Shown here: positions 40,614 to 49,986 of the stretch, piece by piece
Position numbering within the stretch: the first letter of the stretch is position 1
Layout of the letters: each line of letters starts with the position of its first letter
DNA from: Alphaproteobacteria bacterium
GTDB lineage: Bacteria; Pseudomonadota; Alphaproteobacteria; RF32; CAG-239
Assembly: GCA_017626035.1 (NCBI GenBank)
Contig: JAGAJR010000017.1
Coordinates: 85,628-149,627 of the forward strand
DNA: 64,000 nt
Reading direction: 5' to 3'
Notes under the pieces: generated by a model
Told to the model about the DNA's origin: nothing
What the model saw: only the letters and a program-made list of their open reading frames with translations
Database searches by the model: none
Position numbers and translations under genes: made by a program

Positions 40614-40649
40614 TCTAAACAAAAACACGTCTCTAAACAAAAACACGTC
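40614..40649. repeat. perfect 18-bp tandem direct repeat (2 copies)
   Basis: tctaaacaaaaacacgtc is repeated without a gap at 40614-40631 and 40632-40649. The second copy forms the left arm of the downstream hairpin. Confidence 0.8.
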
Positions 40650-40680
40650 GGCAAATTATTTTCCGGCGTGTTTCTTTAAG
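40641..40680. terminator. bidirectional terminator between EF-hand gene (+) and anmK (-)
   Basis: aaacacgtcgg / ccggcgtgttt stem with 1 mismatch. A U-rich tract follows on the minus-strand transcript (uuuuuguuuag) and tttcttt follows on the plus strand. Confidence 0.5.
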
Positions 40681-40689
40681 AGTAAGTAA

Positions 40690-42015
40690 TCAATCAAAAT
40701 TTTTATTTCTTGTCCATCCTTTTACGGCACGGTTCCAAAGCGGAGATTTCGTCGTTTCTCCCGGATAACGCCAAATTCCGGCAATTGTCGGCGTCAGGCA
40801 GCCGGTCGTTTCTGGATAAGTAAACGGTTCGCCGATAATTTTACAATATGACAAATCGGCAAAAATGCGAGCCTCCATATATTTTCCACTGTATCCCTGT
40901 TCATCGGACCATTCAATTCGGCAATCATCGGAAAATCGGTTACGGATTTTTGCAAAAAGCGGCTTATGTTCCTCCAAAACCATCCCCTTCCCTGAAAGTA
41001 AATCTTTAAAATCAGGAATACACAGCGGATTTTTCCAACCGCCGCCAAAGACAAGAAAATTTTCCGGCATTTTTACATTTTCGGGAATAAACGATAAAGA
41101 GTGCATATAAGCATAAGTGCTTAGATACTCAACGGTGCGAAGCGTGTCCTCAAAAGAATACTTCAATGTTTCCAACTCATCAATAATCCGATACCAACTC
41201 GGGTCGGAGGATTTCGGCGGAAGCTGAAGATAGAAGTTATCGCCTTTGTCATTTACGGCAACGGAATCAAAGAGTTTCTTCAACAATTCCGGAATAATTT
41301 TTCCTTGTTTTCCCCAACGGGCATCCATATCGCACATCTGCCCTTTGTATGTTCGGGTCAGAAAATCGGCAAAATGGTTAAACGGACCGATGTCCCATCC
41401 AAGAACAATGTTTTTTTCTTTTTCATCTTCAGAAATAACCGCTATGTTTCCGGTGTTTCCGGCATTGCAAAAAGCCACCGGAAAAATTCCCCTGCCTTTC
41501 ATATCTTCGGCAATATGCAGATTATGAACAGGAGCCAGAGGAGCCCCTTCTCCGCCGTTCATGACATCATCCGAACGAAAATCCCAGACAACCGGTATCC
41601 CGGTTAAATCAGCCAAGAGTCCGGCATTGCCGACTTGCACGGTATAAGGTTCTTTGTCTCCGGCAATAGACGGCGGAAAATGATCACAAGTCTGCCCGTG
41701 GAAACCTATTGCGGCAATCTCTTTTTTATCCAAATCATTATCCGCAATGAGTTTGTTTACCGCCTCGGCAACCAGGCGACTGTAAGCATTCACGGTTTCA
41801 ACAAAAAACGAATTAGTTCCCTGTTTATCCATTTCAGCCTGATGTTCTTTTATCAAGGCCCGGAGTTTTAATAAATCTTTTGTCATTTGAGCCGGATATT
41901 CGAGTGTTGTAAAAGCGATATCCCGAATGCTTTTTTCTCCGAATTCCGTTAAGACGACATCCACAGCATCAAGCGAATTTCCGGTCATTACTCCGATTGT
42001 TTTTATGTGCGACAT
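40690..42015 (-). CDS. anmK: anhydro-N-acetylmuramic acid kinase
   Basis: Start moved to MSHIKTIGVMTGNSLDAVDVVL (ATG at 42015). The track ORF carries a 70-codon upstream extension that runs through the terminator hairpin. It has an ASKHA-type kinase motif. Peptidoglycan recycling. Confidence 0.75.
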   Translation of the reverse strand: MSHIKTIGVMTGNSLDAVDVVLTEFGEKSIRDIAFTTLEYPAQMTKDLLKLRALIKEHQAEMDKQGTNSFFVETVNAYSRLVAEAVNKLIADNDLDKKEIAAIGFHGQTCDHFPPSIAGDKEPYTVQVGNAGLLADLTGIPVVWDFRSDDVMNGGEGAPLAPVHNLHIAEDMKGRGIFPVAFCNAGNTGNIAVISEDEKEKNIVLGWDIGPFNHFADFLTRTYKGQMCDMDARWGKQGKIIPELLKKLFDSVAVNDKGDNFYLQLPPKSSDPSWYRIIDELETLKYSFEDTLRTVEYLSTYAYMHSLSFIPENVKMPENFLVFGGGWKNPLCIPDFKDLLSGKGMVLEEHKPLFAKIRNRFSDDCRIEWSDEQGYSGKYMEARIFADLSYCKIIGEPFTYPETTGCLTPTIAGIWRYPGETTKSPLWNRAVKGWTRNKNFD

Positions 42016-42021
42016 ACAAAT

Positions 42022-42048
42022 AAACCCCATATTTGAACTATGGGGTTT
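42022..42048 (-). terminator. hairpin (terminator/attenuator) immediately upstream of the anmK start codon
   Basis: Perfect 10-bp stem aaaccccata / tatggggttt with a 7-nt loop, followed on the minus transcript by auuuguAUG. Confidence 0.4.
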
Positions 42049-42076
42049 ATTAGAACAAAATATAATTAAAAGCGGG

Positions 42077-42580
42077 TTAATACGCTGAAGCGGCAATTGT
42101 CGTTTCCACATAAATATTGTCCGGAGTAACCTGATGCAGATTTTTGATATAATCTCCGAAATCTTTTTTAAATTTCTTTGCATTTCCGTATCCGCAACGA
42201 ATGAAAGCTTCGGCGGTGAGGACAATGTAAGTCAAAATTTCAGGGGTCATGGCAGCAAGAACGTTCAGTTTGCGTATCATCAGCATTTTGTATTTGAAGT
42301 TATCCTGCCCGATAACTTTCATGCTGCGGATTTCATCCATGGTTTTGCGGATGCTGCGTCCGTTTCGTTCTATCTGAAAGCGAGCCAGGCTGGCGTCATA
42401 GATAACAGCCTCGTTCACATCTTTGATTTTGTTTAAAGTATTTAAAATTTCTTCTTCTGAAGGATGTTCTTTCTGAATTGTTTCATGAAGCAGGGAAAAC
42501 AGACTTCCTTTGCTTTTTTTGGCGTTTTTCAATTCGCGGAGAAAGATTTCGCCAATAGTTTCTTTTTGTAGAGCCAGCAT
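42077..42580 (-). CDS. hypothetical protein
   Basis: 167 aa, soluble, with no signal peptide and no recognisable motif. Confidence 0.4.
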   Translation of the reverse strand: MLALQKETIGEIFLRELKNAKKSKGSLFSLLHETIQKEHPSEEEILNTLNKIKDVNEAVIYDASLARFQIERNGRSIRKTMDEIRSMKVIGQDNFKYKMLMIRKLNVLAAMTPEILTYIVLTAEAFIRCGYGNAKKFKKDFGDYIKNLHQVTPDNIYVETTIAASAY

Positions 42581-42681
42581 ATTAAAAACTCCTTCACTTC
42601 ATAATTATATTATAAGTTGATTATATCACAAAAATAACCTCATCTCAACACATAATTGTCATAAAACTGTAACAAATTCGC

Positions 42682-44052
42682 TTAAGTCGGCAAATTTCTC
42701 CGCATCACTTTTTTTAATTTCCGGAATGAAGACGCCAACCAGCTTTCCTGATATTCTTCCGGAATTGCCCGTTCGTCAAATTTGTAATAAACATATTCCT
42801 TGTCTTTGGAAATTTCCAACGGAGAACTGTTTAACTTCATATCGGAAACATTGCTTCTCGGCAGCTTTAACAATGACAAATTATCACAGTGCAGAAAAAC
42901 AAATCTTCCCCGACATCCTTTTTGAGCTTGTAAATACATCAGCCCCGAAGAAGAGAAATCTGCCACACCGTTAAAATTCTCCTCTATTCTGACAGCTTTT
43001 ACCGACGGGCAAGAAACCATATCCAAACGTCCGGCGGCTTGGGCACCGATATTCACGGTTTCTATCGTCTGCATATAACGCAGGTTTAATTCGCCGTTAA
43101 AATCATCGTCCACTTCCAGATTTTTCACTCTGCAGCGACCGTCTTTGCTGCTGATATTGATTTTTCCGCGGCAATCGTTGCCGATACGGATATTTTTGGC
43201 GACAACGGAATCCACACTCAAAGTTCCTCGGAAGGAATCTCCGACAGAGATGTTTTTTCTGCCCCAATTTTCAGAAAGTTTTATTTCAGCATAGCAATAA
43301 TACCCGATTTCCAGGTTATGGAAACAGGAGTTTCTGATATCCATCACACCGCTGAACACGTCTCCGACAACCAAGTTAAAACATTTTCCGCTGTAATTGA
43401 ACAGCATATCGCAGCGGCAGTTATCTGCTATCCGTATTTCTTCCAGATTACACCGGGACAAATTCAAACGGCCGCTGAAATTATCTTTAATGTCGAGTAT
43501 TTCGGTATATTGGTTATCACGTAAATCAACCGAAACATTGACTTTCTTTTCAATGACCAGTTTTTTGACGGACGCATGGGTTAAATTCAAGGAACAGTTT
43601 TTTGTTCCGCTCGGAATCGTCAAAACATTTTTATCATAATCGTTGAAGGTTATGCTTACGTATTCCGGCCGCCGCAGATATTCCGCCAGTTTGGATGAGG
43701 AAAACTCCTGCCCGGTCAGATATATGTCCAGTTCTCCTTCTATTTTTATAACCGAGAGTCCCAAATCGACGGCGGCTTCTTCGGTCAAATGATAATGAAA
43801 ATCACGCACATAATCGACCAAAATTTTACGATATTTATTATCATAAGTTACGCTTTTGTATCCTCGGACGTTTGACACTTTGTCGCCGCAGAGTTCAATA
43901 ACCGCCAGCGGTGTGGAATATTTGTCCCTCAGCATCATTTTGCAGTCATTGCCGCTGATTTTGGTTATTTTATACCCTTTATCCAGACGGTGTATGACCC
44001 GAGAACTGCCGATATTCACGTTTTCCTCCATTTTCATCATATAAACAAGCAT
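42682..44052 (-). CDS. beta-solenoid-type repeat protein (unknown function)
   Basis: 456 aa. The C-terminal roughly 250 aa hold at least 8 degenerate 20-24 aa repeats of the form [NV]-[IL]-x-[IV]-G-[DN]-x-[FC]-x-G-x-[LI]-x-[VL], for example NISVGDSFRGTLSV, NIRIGNDCRGKINI, NLEVDDDFNGELNL and VNIGAQAAGRLDMV. No signal peptide. Confidence 0.5.
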   Translation of the reverse strand: MLVYMMKMEENVNIGSSRVIHRLDKGYKITKISGNDCKMMLRDKYSTPLAVIELCGDKVSNVRGYKSVTYDNKYRKILVDYVRDFHYHLTEEAAVDLGLSVIKIEGELDIYLTGQEFSSSKLAEYLRRPEYVSITFNDYDKNVLTIPSGTKNCSLNLTHASVKKLVIEKKVNVSVDLRDNQYTEILDIKDNFSGRLNLSRCNLEEIRIADNCRCDMLFNYSGKCFNLVVGDVFSGVMDIRNSCFHNLEIGYYCYAEIKLSENWGRKNISVGDSFRGTLSVDSVVAKNIRIGNDCRGKINISSKDGRCRVKNLEVDDDFNGELNLRYMQTIETVNIGAQAAGRLDMVSCPSVKAVRIEENFNGVADFSSSGLMYLQAQKGCRGRFVFLHCDNLSLLKLPRSNVSDMKLNSSPLEISKDKEYVYYKFDERAIPEEYQESWLASSFRKLKKVMRRNLPT

Positions 44053-44137
44053 TCTTTGACTAATTGCCGCTTTATATAATCTTCGGTTCCAATTATTAAA
44101 GCCCTCCGTTATTTTATTTGCTTATTTCGTCTTTTTA

Positions 44138-44857
44138 TTGTATCTAAAGGATGAGGAGAATTTTATGTGTAATATTTGCTATTCGTCAGAAATTTATAAT
44201 CTGGATCCGCGGGATGCCGTTGTTTTGAAAGACAGCCCCAAAGACATTTCCCGCAATACAAAAGACGAAATCGTGATTTTAATCGGCAATACCGATTTAT
44301 GGGACAGAAACAAAGGAACTTCCGACACCCTGCTTAAAGGAAGGGAAGCTTTGGAACAAGCCATTGCCGAAAACAAAGACTTTGTTCCCGTCAGGATAGC
44401 TTTCATTTCCCGCATAAAAAAATATGATTTTATTTCTCCGCTCATCCGGGTTTTGAGATATAAATACAAAGGATATTCTTCAAATTACTACCACATGAAC
44501 CCTCATGAAATCAGAAATATGAATATTGAACGGAATATCCGCACCAGAGAAAACGCGTATAAGTTTTCCAATCCGAGGTACAAAATGAAGGATGACGTCA
44601 GAAACAACACTTTTGAGGCTTTGGTCGACAGCATGAAACAGAACGGATTTGACGAACGCTATCCCATCGACATTATGCTCCGCCGGAATTTCGGCGTTCA
44701 GGATACCTTAAACCAAGGGCATCATCGTATGGCCGCCGCCTTGGAATGCGGTCTGGATAAAATTTCCGTCCGTTTCTGTGCCGCCGGACAAGCTCCGAAA
44801 TTTTTACATCCGCTGTTTAGAATTTTAGCCCGTTTGAATTTAGTCATCAAAAAATGA
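44138..44857 (+). CDS. ParB/sulfiredoxin-fold (ParB-like N-terminal domain) protein
   Basis: The C-terminal half …MNPHEIRNMNIER…EALVDSMKQNGFDERYPIDIMLRRNFGVQDTLNQGHHRMAAALECGLDKISVRF carries the ParB/Srx hallmark (PHE…GHHR…A). The N-terminal roughly 110 aa are unrelated. Confidence 0.55.
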   Translation: MYLKDEENFMCNICYSSEIYNLDPRDAVVLKDSPKDISRNTKDEIVILIGNTDLWDRNKGTSDTLLKGREALEQAIAENKDFVPVRIAFISRIKKYDFISPLIRVLRYKYKGYSSNYYHMNPHEIRNMNIERNIRTRENAYKFSNPRYKMKDDVRNNTFEALVDSMKQNGFDERYPIDIMLRRNFGVQDTLNQGHHRMAAALECGLDKISVRFCAAGQAPKFLHPLFRILARLNLVIKK

Positions 44858-45918
44858 GTTTTACTATGAAAAAAATAGTCCATGTTTCCAATTTTAACCT
44901 CTTACGTCTTAAAGGCTGCTTTCAAAACGGCTTTCCGATTAAAATATCCAACGGTTTAACCCGAAACGGCTATTATGTTCTGAATTATCCTGACCGTGAT
45001 TTGTGCCGGATGTTTGGGTTCGGACACATGAACTTTCTCGGAAAAAAACGCCTTAATAAACATCTTATCGAATTTTGCCGGGTTACCCGTCCGGATGCCT
45101 TGTTTGTCGGACACGCCGATAATATTACCGAAGAAACATTGCTCGAAATAAAAAAGCTCATTCCCGGCCTGAAAATCCTCTTGTGGAGCTGCGATTGGAT
45201 TGCTCCCGGTTTTGCGGAACGAAACATTAAAGAGATTTCTTCCAAAAGCCAAGCGGCCGACGTGATTATGATTTCCACCGGAGACAAAGAGCAGCTTAAA
45301 CAATTCAAACGGCCGCACAACCAGGTGGCATATCTTCCCAATATGGCTGACAAATCAATTGAAACCGCTCAGGCTTTTCAGCAAAAAGAAACAGCTTTTG
45401 ACATGATGTTTTGTGCCAATACCGGACAACGGCAATTCTGCGGAACAGATACTCCGGTGGAAGGAATTGTGGATGAGGCCTGCCGGAGAATTCCTGATTT
45501 CAAATGGCTGCTGGCCGGGTTAAAAGGAACCTCTCCATTAAACGGCTGCGATTATCTGGACGCTTTTTCCAAAGCGGCAATGGGCTTCAGTCTCAGCCGG
45601 CTTAATGATATTTATCTTTACAGTTCCGACCGTCTCGTGCACATTATGGCAAACGGGCAACTGGCATTTATTGACCGGAGAAGCGGTTTCGGAGATTTGT
45701 TCAGCGAAGAGGAAGCCGCTTTTTACCAAACGCCGGACGAATTTTATGACAAGTTGAAATTCTACCACACACATCCCGAAGCACGTATGGCCGCTGCCCA
45801 AAAAGGTTATGAAAAAATTCATTCTGAATTTGAAGCAACCAACATAACGCAATATATGGCGGATTTGTTATTCGGCAACCCTATTGAAGAGAAGAAAAAA
45901 TGGCATATAATCATCTAA
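44854..45918 (+). CDS. CgeB-like glycosyltransferase (GT1-like C-terminal domain)
   Basis: Its start overlaps the upstream stop (ATGA). The C-terminus …FSEEEAAFYQTPDEFYDKLKFYHTHPEARMAAAQKGYEKIHSEF… matches the CgeB/Glyco_trans_1_2 C-terminal pattern (…EEL..KI.YYL.H.EER..IA..GY.RV..EHT…). Confidence 0.5.
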   Translation: MSFTMKKIVHVSNFNLLRLKGCFQNGFPIKISNGLTRNGYYVLNYPDRDLCRMFGFGHMNFLGKKRLNKHLIEFCRVTRPDALFVGHADNITEETLLEIKKLIPGLKILLWSCDWIAPGFAERNIKEISSKSQAADVIMISTGDKEQLKQFKRPHNQVAYLPNMADKSIETAQAFQQKETAFDMMFCANTGQRQFCGTDTPVEGIVDEACRRIPDFKWLLAGLKGTSPLNGCDYLDAFSKAAMGFSLSRLNDIYLYSSDRLVHIMANGQLAFIDRRSGFGDLFSEEEAAFYQTPDEFYDKLKFYHTHPEARMAAAQKGYEKIHSEFEATNITQYMADLLFGNPIEEKKKWHIII

Positions 45919-46523
45919 AAGCCCTCCAACTGTGGAAAAATTTTCAACAAAAATACGCCGGGCAAATAACTCCCGATATTCTTAAGGCCGGAGAATTTGC
46001 CATTGAAGCCCATAAGGGACAAGTTCGCAAAAATGAAGACATCCCTTATGTTAAGCATCTGTTTGACGTTGCCGGAATTCTGATTGATAACGGACAATCC
46101 GAAAATCTGATTATTGCCGGATTATTGCATGACGTTATGGAAGACACGGATAAAACCGACAAAGATATTTTAGCTTTATTTTCTCCCCTGCAGGGTGAAG
46201 CAATTTTAAAAATCATTCTTGCCGATACGGAAACGGAAAAAGGAGCTCCGTGGCTGGTCAGAAAACAAACCACCATTGATTTTGCGGCTCAGACAGACCA
46301 CACCGAAGGACTGCTCTTGATTTGTGCCGATAAAATCGCTAACCTGGGATCTTTATGCAAGGCTTTGGAAGAAACGGGAGAAAGCACTTGGAACTGTTTT
46401 AACAGCAGCAAAGAACAACAGCTTTGGTATTATGAAACTTTATGCGGAATTCTCAGCGAACGTCTTTTCAATTTTCCAAAAATGACAAGTGAATACAAAA
46501 GGCTGCTTGAAAAAGTTAAATAA
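45900..46523 (+). CDS. HD-domain phosphohydrolase, RelA/SpoT-like small (p)ppGpp hydrolase type
   Basis: …AHKGQVRKNEDIPYVKHLFDVAGIL…ENLIIAGLLHDVMEDT… follows the SpoT/Mesh1 HD pattern (AHxGQxR…PYxxH…LLHDxxEDT). It overlaps the upstream gene by 19 nt. Confidence 0.6.
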   Translation: MAYNHLKALQLWKNFQQKYAGQITPDILKAGEFAIEAHKGQVRKNEDIPYVKHLFDVAGILIDNGQSENLIIAGLLHDVMEDTDKTDKDILALFSPLQGEAILKIILADTETEKGAPWLVRKQTTIDFAAQTDHTEGLLLICADKIANLGSLCKALEETGESTWNCFNSSKEQQLWYYETLCGILSERLFNFPKMTSEYKRLLEKVK

Positions 46524-47783
46524 CTACGCAAACTTTCTCCGCCCGTCAAAAGCTAGTCCTAAACCAACACTGGCCAATTTATTTTCCGTGGAAAACACGG
46601 CATGAGGAAAATAGCGATACATTGTCTTTTGCACAAAGGGAATTTCCGTAGATCCTCCGGTTAAAATCACCAGACCGATATTTTCTTTTTTTACCCCAGC
46701 CAATGTCAGACATTCCGCCATTGCGTTTGATATTTTTTCAACATCTCCGGTTATACTTTTTTCAAAATCATCTTTTTTAATGCAGATTTTCGGAGCCCCC
46801 TTAATATACGGAAGTTTCCGATATTCCGTTTCTTGTTCGGTCAGGATGATTTTGGTCTGCTCGACATCATTCAGCAGTCGGTGTCCGTTTTCTTTCCGAA
46901 TCAAATCCAACAAACGGGCATATAATTCAGGCTGATGTGCATTGCTTAAAACTTCACTGACGATTTTTTGGTTTTTGTAAGAATATACGGAGTTGACCTT
47001 GCTCCATTCCGCCAAATCAAAATACTGGGAAGACGGCACCGGAAGATTTTGGAGCCCGTATGTCGTTTTATATCCCAATTCCGGCATAAAACATTCTATA
47101 TTCAAATCCTTGTCAAAATCATTGCCGCCTATTCTGACGCCGGAATTTGCCAGAATATCATCTTTTCTTTCAGTTTTTTCCCGCAGCTTGTTGCCGAGAC
47201 GAATAACCGAAAAATCAGAAGTTCCGCCGCCGATATCCACCACACAAGCCAATGTTTCTTTTTCCAGATTTTCTTCGTGGGCAAAAGCAGCGGCAATGGG
47301 TTCATACTGAAAACTCACATTTTTAAATCCGGTCTTGCGGGCAATCATTTCCAACTCGACTTCCGCTCTTTTGTCGCCTTTTTCATCATTATCCCGAAAA
47401 TGAACAGGACGCCCCATTACCACGTTTTCCAGAGACTGTCCGCAGTGTTTTTCAGCCTGCCCTTTCAAACTTTTGATAAATAATGAAAGAATATCGGAAA
47501 ACTGATATAATTTTCCGTTAATCAACGTTCCGGAAGACATTAAATCGCTTCCGAGAACACGTTTTAAACTCCGCATAAAACGTCCCTGCTCTCCGTCCAT
47601 ATAGGCTTGCTCGGCTTCTTCGCCGAAGAGAGGCATGGAACATCCTTCACGATAAAAGATAGTGCTTGGTTCGGTAAATTTGTTATTTTTTAATTTTATC
47701 AGTTCCGGCTGAATATCCAAACCGGAAACGGCAATGGCTGAATTTGAAGTGCCGAAATCTATTCCGCAGGAAATGACAGACAT
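46524..47783 (-). CDS. Hsp70-family ATPase (YegD-like, nucleotide-binding domain only)
   Basis: N-terminal IDFGTSNS phosphate-1 motif and VVDIGGGTSDFSV phosphate-2 motif. 419 aa with no substrate-binding domain. Confidence 0.7.
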   Translation of the reverse strand: MSVISCGIDFGTSNSAIAVSGLDIQPELIKLKNNKFTEPSTIFYREGCSMPLFGEEAEQAYMDGEQGRFMRSLKRVLGSDLMSSGTLINGKLYQFSDILSLFIKSLKGQAEKHCGQSLENVVMGRPVHFRDNDEKGDKRAEVELEMIARKTGFKNVSFQYEPIAAAFAHEENLEKETLACVVDIGGGTSDFSVIRLGNKLREKTERKDDILANSGVRIGGNDFDKDLNIECFMPELGYKTTYGLQNLPVPSSQYFDLAEWSKVNSVYSYKNQKIVSEVLSNAHQPELYARLLDLIRKENGHRLLNDVEQTKIILTEQETEYRKLPYIKGAPKICIKKDDFEKSITGDVEKISNAMAECLTLAGVKKENIGLVILTGGSTEIPFVQKTMYRYFPHAVFSTENKLASVGLGLAFDGRRKFA

Positions 47784-47848
47784 AAGAAAAGCTCCGATTT
47801 TTGATTACGGAGCTTTCTAGCATATCTGTATTTAACAGTCAACCGGCA

Positions 47849-48475
47849 TTATTTCATTTCCGGTTTAAAGCCATCCAGATAAATAAGTTTTCCTTCTCTT
47901 TTGGATAAGTCAAAATTATTGTCCTTGGCTCTTTTATTATAATTTTCTTCATCCCGGCGACCGATGATTTTGGCCGGATTACCGCCAACAATTGTGCAAC
48001 GGGGAACACTCTTGGTAACCACGGCTCCCGCACCGATAACGGAACCGGCACCGATTTTACAACCCGGCAGAATAATCGCCCGTGCACCTACCCAAACATC
48101 ATCTTCAATTTCCACTTTTTGAATCAAAGCATCCGGATTGAACGGAAACGTATTTAAATCTTTATAATCGTGGTTTGAGGTATAAATAATTATTCCCTCG
48201 CCCAAAGCACAATTATTGCCGATTTTGATTTCGCCCATAGCATAAAGGCGGTTATCGCTGCCAATATAGGTGTTGTTTCCGATAGATATATTTCTCGGAT
48301 TTTCCAATTTGGCAGAACGGCGAATATCACATCCCGTTCCCAAAGATTTTAATTTTGAAACATTTTTATTCAAAATTTGTTTACGAAACTTCTTCCGCCA
48401 AGACTTAACCGGCAAAATTTTGGAAAGAATTAAAGCACAAGTCCCGTTCATCTTATGCTCCAACTTTTTCAACAT
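47849..48475 (-). CDS. hexapeptide-repeat (LbH) O-acetyltransferase
   Basis: Left-handed beta-helix repeats …IGNNCALGEGIIIYTSNHD…VWVGARAIILPGCKIGAGSVIGAGAVV…, of the maltose/galactoside O-acetyltransferase type. An alternative start at MNGTC avoids the 23-nt overlap. Confidence 0.7.
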   Translation of the reverse strand: MLKKLEHKMNGTCALILSKILPVKSWRKKFRKQILNKNVSKLKSLGTGCDIRRSAKLENPRNISIGNNTYIGSDNRLYAMGEIKIGNNCALGEGIIIYTSNHDYKDLNTFPFNPDALIQKVEIEDDVWVGARAIILPGCKIGAGSVIGAGAVVTKSVPRCTIVGGNPAKIIGRRDEENYNKRAKDNNFDLSKREGKLIYLDGFKPEMK

Positions 48476-48896
48476 ATTCTTTTAAAATTTTTGAAGAGGC
48501 ATTGGCTTTGTTTTCGCCCCCGACCCCAAACTTTAATTCAACGCCGCATTTGACACACATCGGTTCTTCCGGAATATTCTCACGGGTTCGGTCGCCGCCG
48601 TTGGCAAATACCAGCTTTGCCTCCGGGTATTTGTTTCTGGCTTTCAAAATACCGTCGGAAGCGGAATTGTCCGCATCATCAAAAGCAATCACGTCAATAA
48701 TGCCTTTAAGATTTTCGCAGATGATTTTCCGGGTTTTGAAATTCATAAAATTTGTTCCTTTTTTGCGTATCAGCCACTCATCGGAATTAAGCAGCAAAAT
48801 AACCCCGTCGGAAGCTGCCGCACTGGCTTTTATCATTTCAATATGCCCTTCGTGTATCGGATCAAAACCGCCGCTGACGATGTAATATGTTTTCAT
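48453..48896 (-). CDS. cytidylyltransferase-like nucleotidyltransferase (TagD/RfaE-II family)
   Basis: YIVSGGFDPIHEGHIEMI has the (H/T)xGH motif. …LVFANGGD resembles the RfaE domain-II/TagD C-terminal motif. 147 aa. Confidence 0.65.
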   Translation of the reverse strand: MKTYYIVSGGFDPIHEGHIEMIKASAAASDGVILLLNSDEWLIRKKGTNFMNFKTRKIICENLKGIIDVIAFDDADNSASDGILKARNKYPEAKLVFANGGDRTRENIPEEPMCVKCGVELKFGVGGENKANASSKILKEYVEKVGA

Positions 48897-48909
48897 GGTA
48901 TATTCCTTT

Positions 48910-49986
48910 TTAATATGTAATCAGTTTATTAAGTATCGGATCTTTGTCAATAAACTGCAATGCTCTTGCAAAGCTATCAGGTTCCGACAAAATTGTATAG
49001 TAATTGCATTTTATGCTTGGGGATAATTGCAAAGCTTCAATAAATTCGTTTTTAGACAAAGGATCCTGCATAACATATTCAAAAAAGCCCGTTGTCATTA
49101 AAGTATCCCGCACTCCGTCCGTGCTCGGATTATTTTGCAGCAATGCACAAAGATATGTTGCTACCCCGACTTGAAGCCCGTGCATCCGCGGACGTTTGGA
49201 CACGCTGTCAAGGGCGTGAGAAATAAGATGTTCCGAACCGCTGGCCGGACGGGAAGTCCCGGCGACCTCCATGGCAATACCGCTCATCAGCAGGGATGTA
49301 ACCAAACTGCGTTGGAATTCCGGACTTTTAATGTCTGTAGAATGTTTCAAAAACAACAAATCCAATGAATTATATGCAAGCATGGAAGCAAAATCATTAT
49401 AACGGTCCAAGCCTTTTTCCACAGCCTGCTTCCAATCATAAAGGGCGGTGATTTTCGAAACCATATCCCCTATTCCGGAATAAAGACATATTTGCGGGGA
49501 TGAACGGATAACATCCAAGTCTACCACCACGCCGAACGGAATGCTTGATTTAACGGTCTTTCTTTTTCCGTCGACAATCAATGAAGCCGACGGGCTGCAA
49601 AAACCGTCATTTGATGTCGAGGTCGGAACCGAAATAAACGGAATTTTTAACAAATGGGCACAAAATTTGGAAAAATCCAACGCCTTGCCGCCGCCTATGC
49701 CGACAATCGCATCGACATTTTTAGGCAGATTAAACGCCACTCTGGTAATCTCTTCAATATTAATAAACTGGGCATCCTGGCAATGAACAATGTCTATTCC
49801 CTGCTCTTTAAATCCTTCATAGAGTTTTTCGCCCAGAAGATGTTCAATTCCCTCACTCCAAAAGAGGGCAATATGGGTTAGGTTTTTGTCGACCAGATAT
49901 TTTCCGATTTTACGAATTTTTCCGTTGCCGATTTTAAGCAGGTACGGGATGTTTATTTGTTTATTGGGATATGGTGCATATAACAT
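48910..49986 (-). CDS. sn-glycerol-1-phosphate dehydrogenase-like / glycerol dehydrogenase-like (DHQS/Fe-ADH superfamily)
   Basis: Nucleotide-binding GIGGGKALDFSKF and metal-binding …SGSEHLISHALD… are typical of the G1PDH (EgsA/AraM) and GldA clade. 358 aa. Confidence 0.6.
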   Translation of the reverse strand: MLYAPYPNKQINIPYLLKIGNGKIRKIGKYLVDKNLTHIALFWSEGIEHLLGEKLYEGFKEQGIDIVHCQDAQFINIEEITRVAFNLPKNVDAIVGIGGGKALDFSKFCAHLLKIPFISVPTSTSNDGFCSPSASLIVDGKRKTVKSSIPFGVVVDLDVIRSSPQICLYSGIGDMVSKITALYDWKQAVEKGLDRYNDFASMLAYNSLDLLFLKHSTDIKSPEFQRSLVTSLLMSGIAMEVAGTSRPASGSEHLISHALDSVSKRPRMHGLQVGVATYLCALLQNNPSTDGVRDTLMTTGFFEYVMQDPLSKNEFIEALQLSPSIKCNYYTILSEPDSFARALQFIDKDPILNKLITY

